DNA of 64,000 nt from an uncultured Pseudomonadota bacterium. Lineage in GTDB: Bacteria; Myxococcota_A; UBA796; CAJQPC01. Location: assembly GCA_913060515.1 (NCBI GenBank), contig CAJXRZ010000022.1, positions 10,442 through 74,441 of the forward strand, read 5' to 3'. Shown here in pieces: positions 25,373 to 35,243 of the stretch. The first letter of the stretch is position 1; each line of letters begins with the position of its first letter. The notes below the pieces were generated by a model. That model did no database searches, was not told the DNA's origin, and saw nothing but the letters and a program-made list of their open reading frames with translations. A program made the position numbers and the translations under genes.

Positions 25373-26155
25373 TCAGAAGACGATTCCGACGGCTGCGCCG
25401 CCGTAGAAGAGGGGATGCAAGCCACCCTCGATGCGTAGGCTGGCCTTGTCGTTGAAGTGGAACTTCACTGCGGCGTTCAGATCCACGATGGGCAGTGCGC
25501 CAGGAATCGGGAGCGGGTCCTTGTCGGCTGCGGTGCCGTCCAGGTCGCTGCGGTTCCAGGCGGGAGTGCCATCTTCGGTGGGGCCCCAGCGCTGAATCTC
25601 GCCAATGGCGATGGCCACACCCAGTCCACCACCGACCATGAAGCTGAACCAAGGGGCCAGACGCAGGTCGTAGTAGTAGTTGGCGCCCAGGGTCACGAAG
25701 CCAAAGTTCGAGCTCGGTGCCAGGTAGTAGCCATCGTTGTAGATGATCGAGGAGTCGCCCTCCTCACGATCGTCCCAGTAGCCATCGTCCATGAGGTGGC
25801 CGAAGTAGTCGAAGTAGAAGGCGCCCATGGCACCGCTGCCCTCGCCGTTGCTTCGGATCGCGAACTCCATGCCGGCCGCGTAGGCCCGAACTTGGGGACG
25901 GGGCTGATGGTTCCCGTTGTCGTCGCTCCCATTGAACATCCAGATGTCGATCAGGCTGTCGGGAATGCTCATGTACTTGCCACGGAGGTTGACCTCCATC
26001 AGGTACGGACGCTGAGGCGCATCCGAGACACCTGAGTCCCCGGCGGCGGGCGCCGTTGGAGCAGGCTGAGTGTCCTCCTGTTGGAGGTGGCTCACGGGCG
26101 CGAGTGTGGGGGCTTGGGCAGCAAACGCTGCTGGGGCAAGTAGTAGGTGAAGCAT
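25373..26155 (-). CDS. Outer-membrane beta-barrel-like protein, unknown function
   Basis: 260 aa with signal MLHLLLAPAAFAA|Q. Gly/Tyr/Asp-rich alternating strands end in a terminal aromatic residue (...AAVGIVF). Confidence 0.55.
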   Translation of the reverse strand: MLHLLLAPAAFAAQAPTLAPVSHLQQEDTQPAPTAPAAGDSGVSDAPQRPYLMEVNLRGKYMSIPDSLIDIWMFNGSDDNGNHQPRPQVRAYAAGMEFAIRSNGEGSGAMGAFYFDYFGHLMDDGYWDDREEGDSSIIYNDGYYLAPSSNFGFVTLGANYYYDLRLAPWFSFMVGGGLGVAIAIGEIQRWGPTEDGTPAWNRSDLDGTAADKDPLPIPGALPIVDLNAAVKFHFNDKASLRIEGGLHPLFYGGAAVGIVF

Positions 26156-26228
26156 CGGTGTCTCCGGCGGGTGCCCGGGATTCTGCTGGGGGCTATGGTT
26201 CCTGTCAACCTTCTCCCGGAGAGAGTCT

Positions 26229-27206
26229 TTGGCCAGTGCGTCCCTACAGGCAGCCTTGAAGGGCCCTATGCAGCCGATCTACCTTGTGATGGGCGATGAG
26301 GAGCTCTTGGTAGAGCAGGCCGAAGCCAAGTTGACGGCGTGGGCGCTCGAGGGCGTAATGGCGGCCTTCAACCACGGAACATGGCGCGCTGGGGACGACG
26401 GCGCGGCGGACTGTCTGGCGGTTGCGCGTACCCTCCCCATGATGAGCTCCCGGCGCGTCATCGTGCTTCGGGATCTCCACGAGGCTCCGCCAGAGCTGCT
26501 CGAGGCGCTCTGTGAGTACGCCGAGGCGCCACCGGACTCGGCGGTGCTGATCTTGACCGGGAAGGCTTGGCCGAAGGCGAAGGGGACCGACTTTGGTCGA
26601 CGCACAGAGAACCGGGTGAAGAAGGTCGGCACCGTGCTGCGCTTCAAGAGCAAGGACTCCAAGCCCGAGGACTTCGCCATCCAGACCGCGCAGTCCCTTG
26701 GGGTAAGCCTCCGGCCCAACCAGGCCCGCACCTTGGTGGATCTTGTGGGCAAGGACCTGGGTCGCTTGCAGCGGGAGCTGGAGAAGGCGGCCCTCTACAT
26801 TGGCGGAGAGGGGGAGCTGAGCGATGAGGCCCTGCGGGACGTGTGCTCTCTGCTGGCCGAGGCGGAGATCTGGGACTTGACCGACGCCATTGTGGCCAGG
26901 GACGCCAACAAGGCGCTCTCCACGGCACACCGGCTGCTGGAAGCCGGAAAGCGAGGCGAGGCGCACCGTCTGGTCTCCATGATCACCTGGCAGATGCGGC
27001 AGCTCTTGCAGATGCAGGCAGGCGGTCAGGTGCGCATGCCCGGGTGGAAGCGCTCCAAGATGGAGGCCTCGCTGCGCCAGCACCCCATCGACCCTGCCGA
27101 CCTCTTCGCCCGCATGGCCCGCGCGAACCAAGACATGAATGGCCACAGGGCAGGGGACCGCCGAATCCTCGAGGGACTGCTCCTGGACCTGGTCTCCCGG
27201 GCATAG
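26229..27206 (+). CDS. holA: DNA polymerase III subunit delta
   Basis: 325 aa with the HolA-type opening ...PIYLVMGDEELLVEQ and clamp-loader domain layout. TTG start with GGAGAGAG SD; ATG 26268 is an alternative. Confidence 0.75.
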   Translation: MASASLQAALKGPMQPIYLVMGDEELLVEQAEAKLTAWALEGVMAAFNHGTWRAGDDGAADCLAVARTLPMMSSRRVIVLRDLHEAPPELLEALCEYAEAPPDSAVLILTGKAWPKAKGTDFGRRTENRVKKVGTVLRFKSKDSKPEDFAIQTAQSLGVSLRPNQARTLVDLVGKDLGRLQRELEKAALYIGGEGELSDEALRDVCSLLAEAEIWDLTDAIVARDANKALSTAHRLLEAGKRGEAHRLVSMITWQMRQLLQMQAGGQVRMPGWKRSKMEASLRQHPIDPADLFARMARANQDMNGHRAGDRRILEGLLLDLVSRA

Positions 27207-27290
27207 GGGGGCAAGGTCTGCCCGGTGCCCATTCGACGGAGGGAGGCCGAAGGTCGCTGCCGGAGGGACGACAGGAATACAGCCCACAGA

Positions 27291-27318
27291 GCAAAACACC
27301 CCGCCACAAGGGCAGGGT
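27291..27318 (-). terminator. Rho-independent terminator downstream of rpsT
   Basis: On the minus strand: CACCCTGCC-CTTGT-GGCGGGGTG (one G:U) followed by TTTTG. A small GCTCC-TTCG-GGAGC hairpin lies just upstream of it. Confidence 0.6.
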
Positions 27319-27352
27319 GCTTGCATCGCATGCTCCCGAAGGAGCGGCACGA

Positions 27353-27628
27353 TTAGGCCTGAGCAGCCTTGAGCTTGTTCACGGCCTTGTACAGGCGGCT
27401 CACACGGCGCGCAGCGTTCTTGCGGTGGATGACACCCTTGGACGCCAGGCGGTGAATGACGCTGACTGCACCATTGAGGTTTGCAGATGCGGTCTCGAGC
27501 TCTCCGCTCTCCACTGCAACCCGGACCTTCTTGATCTGGGTGCGCATGGTGGCGCGGTAGTGACGGTTACGCATGCGGCGCTTGGTGTTCTGGCGCATGC
27601 GCTTGAGGGCGTCGGCGTGGTTAGCCAC
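27353..27628 (-). CDS. rpsT: 30S ribosomal protein S20
   Basis: (M)ANHADALKRMRQNTKRRMRNRHYRATMRTQIKK...ASKGVIHRKNAARRVSRL. GTG start with GGAGA 6 nt upstream. Confidence 0.9.
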   Translation of the reverse strand: MANHADALKRMRQNTKRRMRNRHYRATMRTQIKKVRVAVESGELETASANLNGAVSVIHRLASKGVIHRKNAARRVSRLYKAVNKLKAAQA

Positions 27629-27688
27629 AAGGATCTCCGAAAGTCTCTAGAAGGGACGACGCGGGGGTGTACCCGCTTGAACCCCGGC

Positions 27689-27717
27689 GAGGTATTTCAG
27701 CCCTCATCGGCTGTCAA
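27689..27717 (-). promoter_or_regulatory. Candidate promoter for rpsT (TTGACA-17-TACCTC)
   Basis: Perfect -35 hexamer on the minus strand (27717..27712). The -10 is poor, so the call is tentative. Confidence 0.2.
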
Positions 27718-27820
27718 GGGCAGATAGGCCTTGCAACCCCACCCCTTTGTTGGGTTAGGTGCCTGCCTAATCAATCTGTCGCCTATGGGTTGACAGCCAA
27801 ATTCATCTCTTGGAGCGGTC

Positions 27821-29125
27821 ATGGACATCTGCGTTGTTGGCACTGGATACGTTGGACTCGTTGCGGGCACCTGCCTGGCAGATTTGGGCCACATGGTCAC
27901 ATGTGTCGACCGAGATGAAGCCAAGGTTGCGCTCCTGAAGAGCGGCGGCGTGCCCATCTATGAGCCTGGCTTGGATCAGTTGATCAAGCGGAACGTGCGC
28001 GAGTGCAGGCTGCACTTCACCACCGATGGCCCCACCGCTGTCGCCAAGAGTGAGGTCAGCTACATCGCCGTCGGCACCCCATCTGCCGACGATGGATCCG
28101 CGGATCTGAGCGGCGTGATGGCGGTCGCCAAGATGATCGGTGAGTCCCTGGTCAAGTCCTGCACTGTGGTCATCAAGAGCACGGTGCCAGTGGGCACAGC
28201 GGACAAGGTCCGCAAGATCCTCAACGAGACCACCGAGCAGGCTTTTGACGTGGTCTCCAACCCGGAGTTCCTCAAGGAAGGCGCAGCGATCGAGGACTTC
28301 CTCAAGCCCGACCGCATCGTCGTGGGCTGTAGAGAGCCAGGGACAGAGGCCATCGTCCGTGAGCTTTACGGCCCTCTCCTGCGCACCGGCAAGCCCATCC
28401 TCTTCATGGACAACCGCAGCGCTGAGCTGAGCAAGTACGCAGCCAACGCCTTCCTCGCGACGAAGATCAGCTTCATCAACGAGCTCTCCCTGCTCTGTGA
28501 AGCGGTGGGCGCAGATGTAGACAGCGTTCGCCGTGGCGCTGGCAGCGACTCCCGCATTGGGCTGCGCTTCTTCTTCCCAGGTGTGGGCTACGGCGGCTCC
28601 TGTTTCCCCAAGGACGTCAAGGCTCTGATGCGTACCGGAGAGGAGGCCGGATTCCCACTGTCCATCGTCGACGCCGTCGAGCAGGTCAACGCGCGCCAGA
28701 AGCAGGTGCTCTTCAACAAGGTCGTGCGGGTGTTTGGCGCCGATCTGAGCGGCAAGAGCTTCGCGGTTTGGGGCCTGTCCTTCAAGCCCCAGACGGACGA
28801 CATGCGAGAGGCCCCCAGCGTGGTGGTCATCGACGCGCTCTTGGCAGCCGGAGCCAAGGTTGTTGCCTACGACCCAGAGGCCATGGAAGAGGCCAAGCAC
28901 AGCCTGGGCGAGCGGATCACCTATGCCGAGTCCCGCATGCACGCGCTACAAGGGGCGGACGCCCTGCTACTGATCACGGAGTGGAACGAGTTCCGCAACC
29001 CGGACTGGGAGCAGGTCGCAGATACGATGCCGGGTCGCCACATCTTTGACGGCCGGAACATCTACGACCCTGCGCAACTCAACAGCGCCGGGTTCACCTA
29101 CCACGGGATCGGACGCCTCACGTGA
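27821..29125 (+). CDS. ugd: UDP-glucose 6-dehydrogenase
   Basis: 434 aa. Blocks [14 protein letters not shown], the catalytic-Cys region [11 protein letters not shown], and NPEFLKEG. Confidence 0.9.
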   Translation: MDICVVGTGYVGLVAGTCLADLGHMVTCVDRDEAKVALLKSGGVPIYEPGLDQLIKRNVRECRLHFTTDGPTAVAKSEVSYIAVGTPSADDGSADLSGVMAVAKMIGESLVKSCTVVIKSTVPVGTADKVRKILNETTEQAFDVVSNPEFLKEGAAIEDFLKPDRIVVGCREPGTEAIVRELYGPLLRTGKPILFMDNRSAELSKYAANAFLATKISFINELSLLCEAVGADVDSVRRGAGSDSRIGLRFFFPGVGYGGSCFPKDVKALMRTGEEAGFPLSIVDAVEQVNARQKQVLFNKVVRVFGADLSGKSFAVWGLSFKPQTDDMREAPSVVVIDALLAAGAKVVAYDPEAMEEAKHSLGERITYAESRMHALQGADALLLITEWNEFRNPDWEQVADTMPGRHIFDGRNIYDPAQLNSAGFTYHGIGRLT

Positions 29126-30924
29126 ACATCGCGCGCATCCGCAACTTTGCGATCATCGCCCACATTGACCATGGAAAGAGCACTCTGGCCGACCGTCTCA
29201 TTGAGAAGACCGGCCTGCTCACCCAGCGGGAGATGAAGGCCCAGTACCTGGACAAGATGGATCTGGAGCGGGAGCGCGGCATCACGATCAAGGCCCAGAC
29301 CTGTGTGCTCAAGTACACCGCGTCCGACGGCCTGGACTACATCCTCAACCTCATCGACACCCCCGGCCACGTGGACTTCAACTACGAGGTCAGTCGCAGC
29401 CTCTCCGCGTGTGAAGGGGTGCTGCTGGTGGTGGACGCCGCACAAGGGGTCGAGGCTCAGACCTTGGCCAACGTCTACTTGGCCTTGGATCACGACCTGG
29501 AGATCATCCCGGTCCTGAACAAGATCGACCTGCCCGGAGCGGAGGTCGAGAACGTCCTGGAGCAGATCGAAGACGGCATCGGCCTGGACACGGAGCACCA
29601 TGTGCTCTGCTCCGCCAAGACCGGCATCGGAATCGATGAAGTGCTCGAGGCCGTGGTCAAGCTCATCCCGCCCCCCCAAGGCGAAGATGAGAACGAGCCT
29701 CTTCAGGCCCTCATCGTCGACTCTTGGTTCGACACCTATGTGGGCGTGGTCTGCCTGGTGCGGGTCAAGAATGGCAAGGTCGCAAAGGGCGACCGGATCA
29801 AGATGATGATCACCGGGGCCGCCTACGAGGTCACCCAGGTCGGCGTCTTTGCCCCCGAAGCCTTGGAGACGGAGTCCATCGGCGCCGGCGAAGTGGGCTT
29901 CATCATCGCCTCGATCAAGAAGCTGGAAGACGCCAGGGTGGGGGATACCATCACCACCCAGCGCAACGGCGCCACGGAGCCTCTGCCGGGCTTCAAAGAG
30001 GTCAAACCGATGGTCTTCGCTGGGATCTTTCCAGTGGATTCGGCCGACTATGGTGACATGCGGGACGCCCTGGACAAGCTCTCTCTGAACGACGCCAGCA
30101 TGAGCTTTGAGCCTGAGACCTCCGATGCCCTGGGCTTCGGTTTTCGCCTGGGCTTCTTGGGGCTCCTGCACATGGAGATCATTCAGGAGCGCTTGGAGCG
30201 CGAGTACAACCTGGACCTGATCACCACGGCCCCCAGCGTGATCTACGAGGTCATCAAGAAGAACGGCGAGACCTTGACCATCCACAGCCCCTCGCGGCTG
30301 CCGGGCTTGGGAGAGATCGCCGAGATCCGCGAGCCCATCGCCAAGGTCACCATCCACGTGCCCGATGCCCACGTTGGCGCAGCCCTGAAGCTCTGTCAGG
30401 ATCGGCGCGGCGTCCAGATTGGTTTTGAGGTGCCGAGCGCGGGTCGAAACGTCATCACCTACGACGTGCCCTACGCCGAGGTGGTCTACGACTTCTTCGA
30501 CCGCCTCAAGAGCGTGACACGCGGCTACGCGTCCATGGACTACGAAGTGGAGCGTTGGCAGACGGGCGATCTGGTCAAGCTGGACATCCTGCTCAACGGG
30601 GACGTGGTCGACGCACTGAGCACCATCGTGCACCGTGCCAAGAGCCAGTACCAGGGCCGTGAGCTCTGCAGGAAGCTCAAGGAGTTCATCCCGCGGCAGA
30701 TGTACGAAGTGGCCATCCAGGCTGCCATCAGCTCCAAGGTCGTTGCCCGCGCGACGGTCAAGGCCATGCGAAAGGATGTGACCGCCAAGTGCTACGGCGG
30801 CGACATCAGCCGAAAGCGCAAGCTGCTGGAGAAGCAGAAGAAGGGCAAGAAGCGCATGAAGGCCGTCGGCTCGGTAGAGGTCCCTCAGGAGGCCTTCCTG
30901 TCCGTGCTGCGCGTCGGAGAGTGA
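29122..30924 (+). CDS. lepA: Translation elongation factor 4 (LepA)
   Basis: 600 aa. Blocks [34 protein letters not shown] and the LepA-specific C-terminal domain. GTG start overlaps the ugd stop (GTGA). Confidence 0.95.
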   Translation: MNIARIRNFAIIAHIDHGKSTLADRLIEKTGLLTQREMKAQYLDKMDLERERGITIKAQTCVLKYTASDGLDYILNLIDTPGHVDFNYEVSRSLSACEGVLLVVDAAQGVEAQTLANVYLALDHDLEIIPVLNKIDLPGAEVENVLEQIEDGIGLDTEHHVLCSAKTGIGIDEVLEAVVKLIPPPQGEDENEPLQALIVDSWFDTYVGVVCLVRVKNGKVAKGDRIKMMITGAAYEVTQVGVFAPEALETESIGAGEVGFIIASIKKLEDARVGDTITTQRNGATEPLPGFKEVKPMVFAGIFPVDSADYGDMRDALDKLSLNDASMSFEPETSDALGFGFRLGFLGLLHMEIIQERLEREYNLDLITTAPSVIYEVIKKNGETLTIHSPSRLPGLGEIAEIREPIAKVTIHVPDAHVGAALKLCQDRRGVQIGFEVPSAGRNVITYDVPYAEVVYDFFDRLKSVTRGYASMDYEVERWQTGDLVKLDILLNGDVVDALSTIVHRAKSQYQGRELCRKLKEFIPRQMYEVAIQAAISSKVVARATVKAMRKDVTAKCYGGDISRKRKLLEKQKKGKKRMKAVGSVEVPQEAFLSVLRVGE

Positions 30925-31557
30925 GTGTCCGGAGAGTCCTCCGGGTCAGAGTCGCCTGCGACTGAGCCAGCTGGTCGGGACTGGGGCCGTTTGGCTCTGG
31001 TGGCCTCGGTGGTGTTGCTGGTCTTGGCCGTGCTCTTGCGGAGCTTCGTCTTTGGTCTTGTGACTGTGAAGACGGGCAGTATGCAGCCCGCCATTCGACC
31101 TGGAAGCACCTGGGTGTATCTGCGCAGCGTGGAGCCGCAGGTGGGCGACATCGTCGTGGTGGAGTTGCCCTGGGACCCGGGGGTCTTGCACGTCAAGCGG
31201 CTGGTCGCTCAAGGTCCGGCAGAGGTGGAGCTGGTGGACGGCCGCCTCTATGTGGACGGCGCCCCCAGCTTTGTAGACCGAGACATCGATGTTCCTTGGC
31301 TAGATGAGACCTGCACGCCGAGAGTGGGTCGGGGCCACGTGGAGAATTACGGCGCCGATGGCGAGGGGATCGAGGTCAAGGTCCTGGGTGGAGGAGACCA
31401 TTCGCGCACCCAGCTCTTGGCCGGAGAAATCTGGCTTTTGGGGGACCGGCGCGGCCGAAGCGAGGACAGCGGTCAGTGGGGGCAAGTTTCCTCGAGTGCT
31501 GTGCGCGGTAAGGTCTGGGGAGCTGTCCTCACTGGCGAGGGCTGTGATGAGGAGTGA
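30925..31557 (+). CDS. lepB: Signal peptidase I
   Basis: 210 aa with an N-terminal TM. S26 boxes are GSMQPAI, VKRLVA and LLGDRRGRSEDSG. GTG start follows the lepA stop directly. Confidence 0.85.
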   Translation: MSGESSGSESPATEPAGRDWGRLALVASVVLLVLAVLLRSFVFGLVTVKTGSMQPAIRPGSTWVYLRSVEPQVGDIVVVELPWDPGVLHVKRLVAQGPAEVELVDGRLYVDGAPSFVDRDIDVPWLDETCTPRVGRGHVENYGADGEGIEVKVLGGGDHSRTQLLAGEIWLLGDRRGRSEDSGQWGQVSSSAVRGKVWGAVLTGEGCDEE

Positions 31558-31561
31558 GCAC

Positions 31562-31969
31562 ATGGACAACAGGCGCAAGCGTAGGGGAGACATTGATCTC
31601 GGCAAGATCTTCCTGCTCCTCGTCGTCTTGGTCGTTGGCTACTTGGCTTGGGCCTTTGTCCCCGCCTACTACGGCGAATTCACCATGCGCCGGACGGTCC
31701 AGGAGACCATCCTCGTCTGGCGGGACACGCGCTCTATGGCCAAGTCTCAGGCGGAACTAGAGCGCAAGATGGACAAGAACGGGGTCCCTTCCTACGTCTG
31801 GCCCCAGGACTGCGAGTTCTACGAGAAGTTCGACGAGAAGCACCTGGACTGCTTCTGGGTGGTCGAGATCGACTACCCCCTGATCGAGAAGAGCACCGAG
31901 ATAGAGTTCGCCGTGCACAAGTACCTGGATAAGGGCGACCTTCTTCACGACGCCCCTCAGGAGGAGTAG
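31562..31969 (+). CDS. Membrane-anchored protein, unknown function
   Basis: ATG 31562 (GAGGAG 7 nt upstream). Basic N-terminus MDNRRKRRGD, then TM IFLLLVVLVVGYLAWAFV. 135 aa. Confidence 0.5.
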   Translation: MDNRRKRRGDIDLGKIFLLLVVLVVGYLAWAFVPAYYGEFTMRRTVQETILVWRDTRSMAKSQAELERKMDKNGVPSYVWPQDCEFYEKFDEKHLDCFWVVEIDYPLIEKSTEIEFAVHKYLDKGDLLHDAPQEE

Positions 31970-32500
31970 ATGAGCGAGCAATTGGCCAACGCCTCAGCCA
32001 TGGCCGAGATGGTTCAGGATCTCGCTGAACAGATCCATCGCTCCAGCGACAAGCAGGTTGCCTTGGTGGGCATCCACACGGGCGGCGTGCCCATCGCCAA
32101 GCGCATCGCGGCAGCCATTGAGGCGCTGGGGGGCGAGGCTCCTCTCTTGGGAGAGACGGACATCACCCTGTACCGGGACGATTTGTACACCGGACTTGAG
32201 AACCCCAGCTTGGGTGTCACGCGCTTGCCCTTCTCGGTGGACGGGGCCCGCATCATTCTTGTGGACGATGTTCTCTTCACTGGACGAACGGTACGCGCTG
32301 CTGTGGACCTGATCATGGACTACGGCCGTCCGGCCTACATCAAGCTGGCAGTCTTGGTGGACCGAGGCCATCGGGAGCTCCCAATCGCCGCCGACTTTGT
32401 GGGCACGCGCATCCAGACCGAACTTGCCGATCGGGTGACGGTTGCTCTGCGGGAGACGGACGAGCGGGAGGATGAGATAGCGGTTCAGCGTCGCACCTGA
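31970..32500 (+). CDS. pyrR: Bifunctional pyrimidine regulatory protein / uracil phosphoribosyltransferase PyrR
   Basis: 176 aa. Blocks [20 protein letters not shown] and the PRPP loop [17 protein letters not shown]. Confidence 0.9.
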   Translation: MSEQLANASAMAEMVQDLAEQIHRSSDKQVALVGIHTGGVPIAKRIAAAIEALGGEAPLLGETDITLYRDDLYTGLENPSLGVTRLPFSVDGARIILVDDVLFTGRTVRAAVDLIMDYGRPAYIKLAVLVDRGHRELPIAADFVGTRIQTELADRVTVALRETDEREDEIAVQRRT

Positions 32501-32525
32501 GCGTGCAGACGCACGGAGTGCTCCT

Positions 32526-33455
32526 GTGAAAAGAAAGGATCTGCTCGGCCTACGAGACGTCTCCCGAGACGAAATCCTCGAGATTCTCGAGACCGCGTCC
32601 CGCTTTCGGGAGGTCTCAAAGCGGCGCATCAAGAAGGTGCCCACCCTTCGCGGGCGCACCGTGGTGACCCTGTTCTTTGAGAACAGCACCCGAACCAAGG
32701 TCAGCTTTGATTTGGCGGCCAAGCGCCTGAGCGCCGACGGCGTCCACATCAGCGCCGGCACCAGCGCGGTGAAGAAGGGCGAGACCCTGATGGACACCGC
32801 CAGGAACATCGACGCGATGGCGCCGGACCTGGTCATCATGCGGCACAGCTGCGCAGGCGCGCCGCATATGCTGGCTCGCAACTTCGACTTCTCGGTCATC
32901 AATGCCGGCGATGGCATCAACGAGCACCCCACCCAGGCCTTGCTCGACATGTTGACCATGCAGGACCACTTGGGGGATTTGGAAGGCAAGACCGTCGCAA
33001 TCGTGGGAGACGTCTACCACTCCCGCGTCGCCCGCTCGAACCTCTACGGACTGCGCACGATGGGAGCCCGAGTGCTTTTGGCGGGGCCCGGGACCATGTG
33101 TAGGCCGGAGATGGCTGGCCCTGGCGTAGAGGTCCGCCACAAGATCGACGAGGTCTTAGAAGAGGCCGATGTGGTCATGATGCTGCGCATCCAGCGCGAG
33201 CGCCTGCCGCGCGCGATGTTGCCGACCTCGCGGGAGTATGCCCACCTCTACGGCCTGGACTCCGCCAAGCTGGCGCGGGCCAGCGACCGGGTCTTGGTCA
33301 TGCACCCGGGCCCCATCAACCGCGGCGTTGAGCTCTCGCCCGAGGTGGCCGACGGTGAGCGCTCGGTCATCATGGAGCAGGTCACCAACGGCGTCGCCGT
33401 GCGCATGGCGCTGCTCTTCTTGCTCTTGGGAGGCTCCGATGACGCTTCAGCTTAA
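32526..33455 (+). CDS. pyrB: Aspartate carbamoyltransferase catalytic subunit
   Basis: 309 aa. Blocks FFENSTRTKVSFDLAAKRL, EHPTQALLD and HPGPINRG. GTG start. Confidence 0.95.
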   Translation: MKRKDLLGLRDVSRDEILEILETASRFREVSKRRIKKVPTLRGRTVVTLFFENSTRTKVSFDLAAKRLSADGVHISAGTSAVKKGETLMDTARNIDAMAPDLVIMRHSCAGAPHMLARNFDFSVINAGDGINEHPTQALLDMLTMQDHLGDLEGKTVAIVGDVYHSRVARSNLYGLRTMGARVLLAGPGTMCRPEMAGPGVEVRHKIDEVLEEADVVMMLRIQRERLPRAMLPTSREYAHLYGLDSAKLARASDRVLVMHPGPINRGVELSPEVADGERSVIMEQVTNGVAVRMALLFLLLGGSDDASA

Positions 33456-34692
33456 GGGCGGTCGTCTTCTTTGCACGGCCACCGGCGTGGACCGAATGGG
33501 CGACCTCTGGGTACACCAAGGTCGCGTTCGCTTGAGCGCTCCAGAAGGAGTTCAGGCTCAAGTCATCGACTGCACAGGCAAGGTCGTCACACCGGCCTTG
33601 GTCGACTTGGACGCCCGTCTCTGCGACCCCGGCTACACTTGGCGCGAGAGCCTAAGTACGGGCGGGGAGGCGGCCCTGCGGGGTGGCTTTACCTGCGTGG
33701 TCGCCAACCCTGAGACCGACCCCGTCACCGACGACCCCAGCTTCGTGCGCGAGGTCATTGCCCGCGCTGGGCTGGAGTCCAAGGTGGAGATCAAGGTCGC
33801 AGCCGCCCTGACCAAGGGCCTGGGTGGCGAGAAGCTCTCCGAGCTGGGTCTGATGGCAGAGGCCGGGGCGGCACTGTTTTCCAACGCCGACCACCTCGTC
33901 AGTGACAGCTTGGTGCTGCGAAACGCGCTGCTCTATGCGCGCCCCTTGGGGCTGCCCGTGATGCTTCGCGCGGGCGATGCGGAGCTGGAGTCCGTCGCCG
34001 TGATGAACGAGGGGGCGAGCTCTGCGCTGGCAGGCCTTCGCGGGATTCCGGCCGCCGCTGAAGAGATTGGCATTGCCCGCTTGATCGCCTTGGCCCGGTA
34101 CACCGGCACCCACGTCCACGTGCTCGGTGTGAGCACCAAGCTGGCCATCGCGCAGCTCAAGGCAGGCCTGGCCTCGGGCGCGCCGATCAGCGGCTCGACG
34201 ACCGCGCTGCACTGCTTGCTCAATGACGGGGAAGTCCTGGCCAGCGGCTACGACACAGACACCCGACTGATGCCCCCGCTTCGCACGGAGGAGGACCGCT
34301 TGGCCCTTCTGGAGGCACTGGCAGACGGAACCCTGCTGGGCGTCAGCTCTGCCCACGCCCCTCTGACCCGCGTCGACAAGGAGCTGGAGTTTGCCTACGC
34401 AACCCCCGGGGCCCTTGGTCTGGAGACGGCCTTGAGCTGCCTTTTGAGCTGCGCGCCCTTGGAGCACGCGCTGCGGGCCCTGAGCGCTGGGCCGGCAAAG
34501 CTCTTGGGCATTGAACGCAGCCTGCGTGACGGAGCCCCGGCGGAGCTCTTGGTCCTGGACCCCGAGGCGAAGTGGACCGTCGATCCCACTCAGTTCGCCT
34601 CAAGATCAGCCAATACCCCCTTGGCAGGTCGCCAGCTCAGCGGTGTGCTCGCTGCGGTCATCCACAAGGGCGAGTGCTTGCATCCCGCTTGA
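33439..34692 (+). CDS. pyrC: Dihydroorotase-like protein lacking the HxH metal ligands (PyrC'-type, probably non-catalytic)
   Basis: ATG 33439 overlaps the pyrB end by 17 nt. Amidohydrolase layout is present (GGFTCVVANPETDP), but the canonical DxHVHxRxPG reads VDLDARLCDPG. Confidence 0.75.
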   Translation: MTLQLKGGRLLCTATGVDRMGDLWVHQGRVRLSAPEGVQAQVIDCTGKVVTPALVDLDARLCDPGYTWRESLSTGGEAALRGGFTCVVANPETDPVTDDPSFVREVIARAGLESKVEIKVAAALTKGLGGEKLSELGLMAEAGAALFSNADHLVSDSLVLRNALLYARPLGLPVMLRAGDAELESVAVMNEGASSALAGLRGIPAAAEEIGIARLIALARYTGTHVHVLGVSTKLAIAQLKAGLASGAPISGSTTALHCLLNDGEVLASGYDTDTRLMPPLRTEEDRLALLEALADGTLLGVSSAHAPLTRVDKELEFAYATPGALGLETALSCLLSCAPLEHALRALSAGPAKLLGIERSLRDGAPAELLVLDPEAKWTVDPTQFASRSANTPLAGRQLSGVLAAVIHKGECLHPA

Positions 34693-34757
34693 GAGGTGAC
34701 GGAAGGGCCCCAGGTGTTAGCTTTGTGGGCCCCAGTTCTGAAGGACGCATCGCCCCC

Positions 34758-35234
34758 ATGCAGCGCAACCCGATCACGCCCGCCGGCTACGCCCGACTCT
34801 CCGCTGAGCTCAAGCACGCGAAGACCGTCGAGCGGCCCTACATTGTTCTGCAGATTGAAGAGGCGCGCGCACACGGAGATCTGAAAGAGAACGCCGAGTA
34901 TCACTCGGCGAAGGACAAGCAGGGCATGATTGAGGCCCGCATCAAGTGGCACGAGCACATCTTGGCCACAGCCGAGGTGATCGACATCACCGAGATGCCC
35001 CAGACCGGCCAGGTGATCTTCGGCACCACCGTCACCCTGCTGGACTTGGACACCGACGATGAGGTGACCTACCAGATCGTCTCGGACTACGAGTCCGACG
35101 CAAAGCAGGGGCGGATCAGCTACTCCTCTCCCATCGGGCGCGCCATTATCGGCAAGCGAGAGGGCGACGAGGTTGTGGTGGTGACCCCAAAGGGCACCCG
35201 CACCTTGGAGATCTCCGAGGTCGAATACAAGTAG
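34758..35234 (+). CDS. greA: Transcription elongation factor GreA
   Basis: 158 aa from ATG 34758: MQRNPITPAGYARL..., HGDLKENAEYHSAKDKQ, ISYSSPIGRAIIGKREGD. Confidence 0.9.
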   Translation: MQRNPITPAGYARLSAELKHAKTVERPYIVLQIEEARAHGDLKENAEYHSAKDKQGMIEARIKWHEHILATAEVIDITEMPQTGQVIFGTTVTLLDLDTDDEVTYQIVSDYESDAKQGRISYSSPIGRAIIGKREGDEVVVVTPKGTRTLEISEVEYK

Positions 35235-35243
35235 GGGACCTTT

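Noticed and set aside
27790-27795. A perfect TTGACA hexamer 26 nt upstream of the ugd ATG (and TTGACC at 18521, just 5 nt before tRNA-Ala), considered as -35 boxes.
   Set aside because: No acceptable -10 hexamer follows at 16-19 nt in either case. The tRNA-proximal one is too close to the mature 5' end to be its promoter.
32501-32525. A small hairpin CGTGC-AGAC-GCACG in the 25-nt pyrR-pyrB gap, considered as a PyrR attenuator.
   Set aside because: It has a 5-bp stem only, no T-run, and no resemblance to the PyrR-binding loop. The segment is too short to host a terminator/antiterminator pair.
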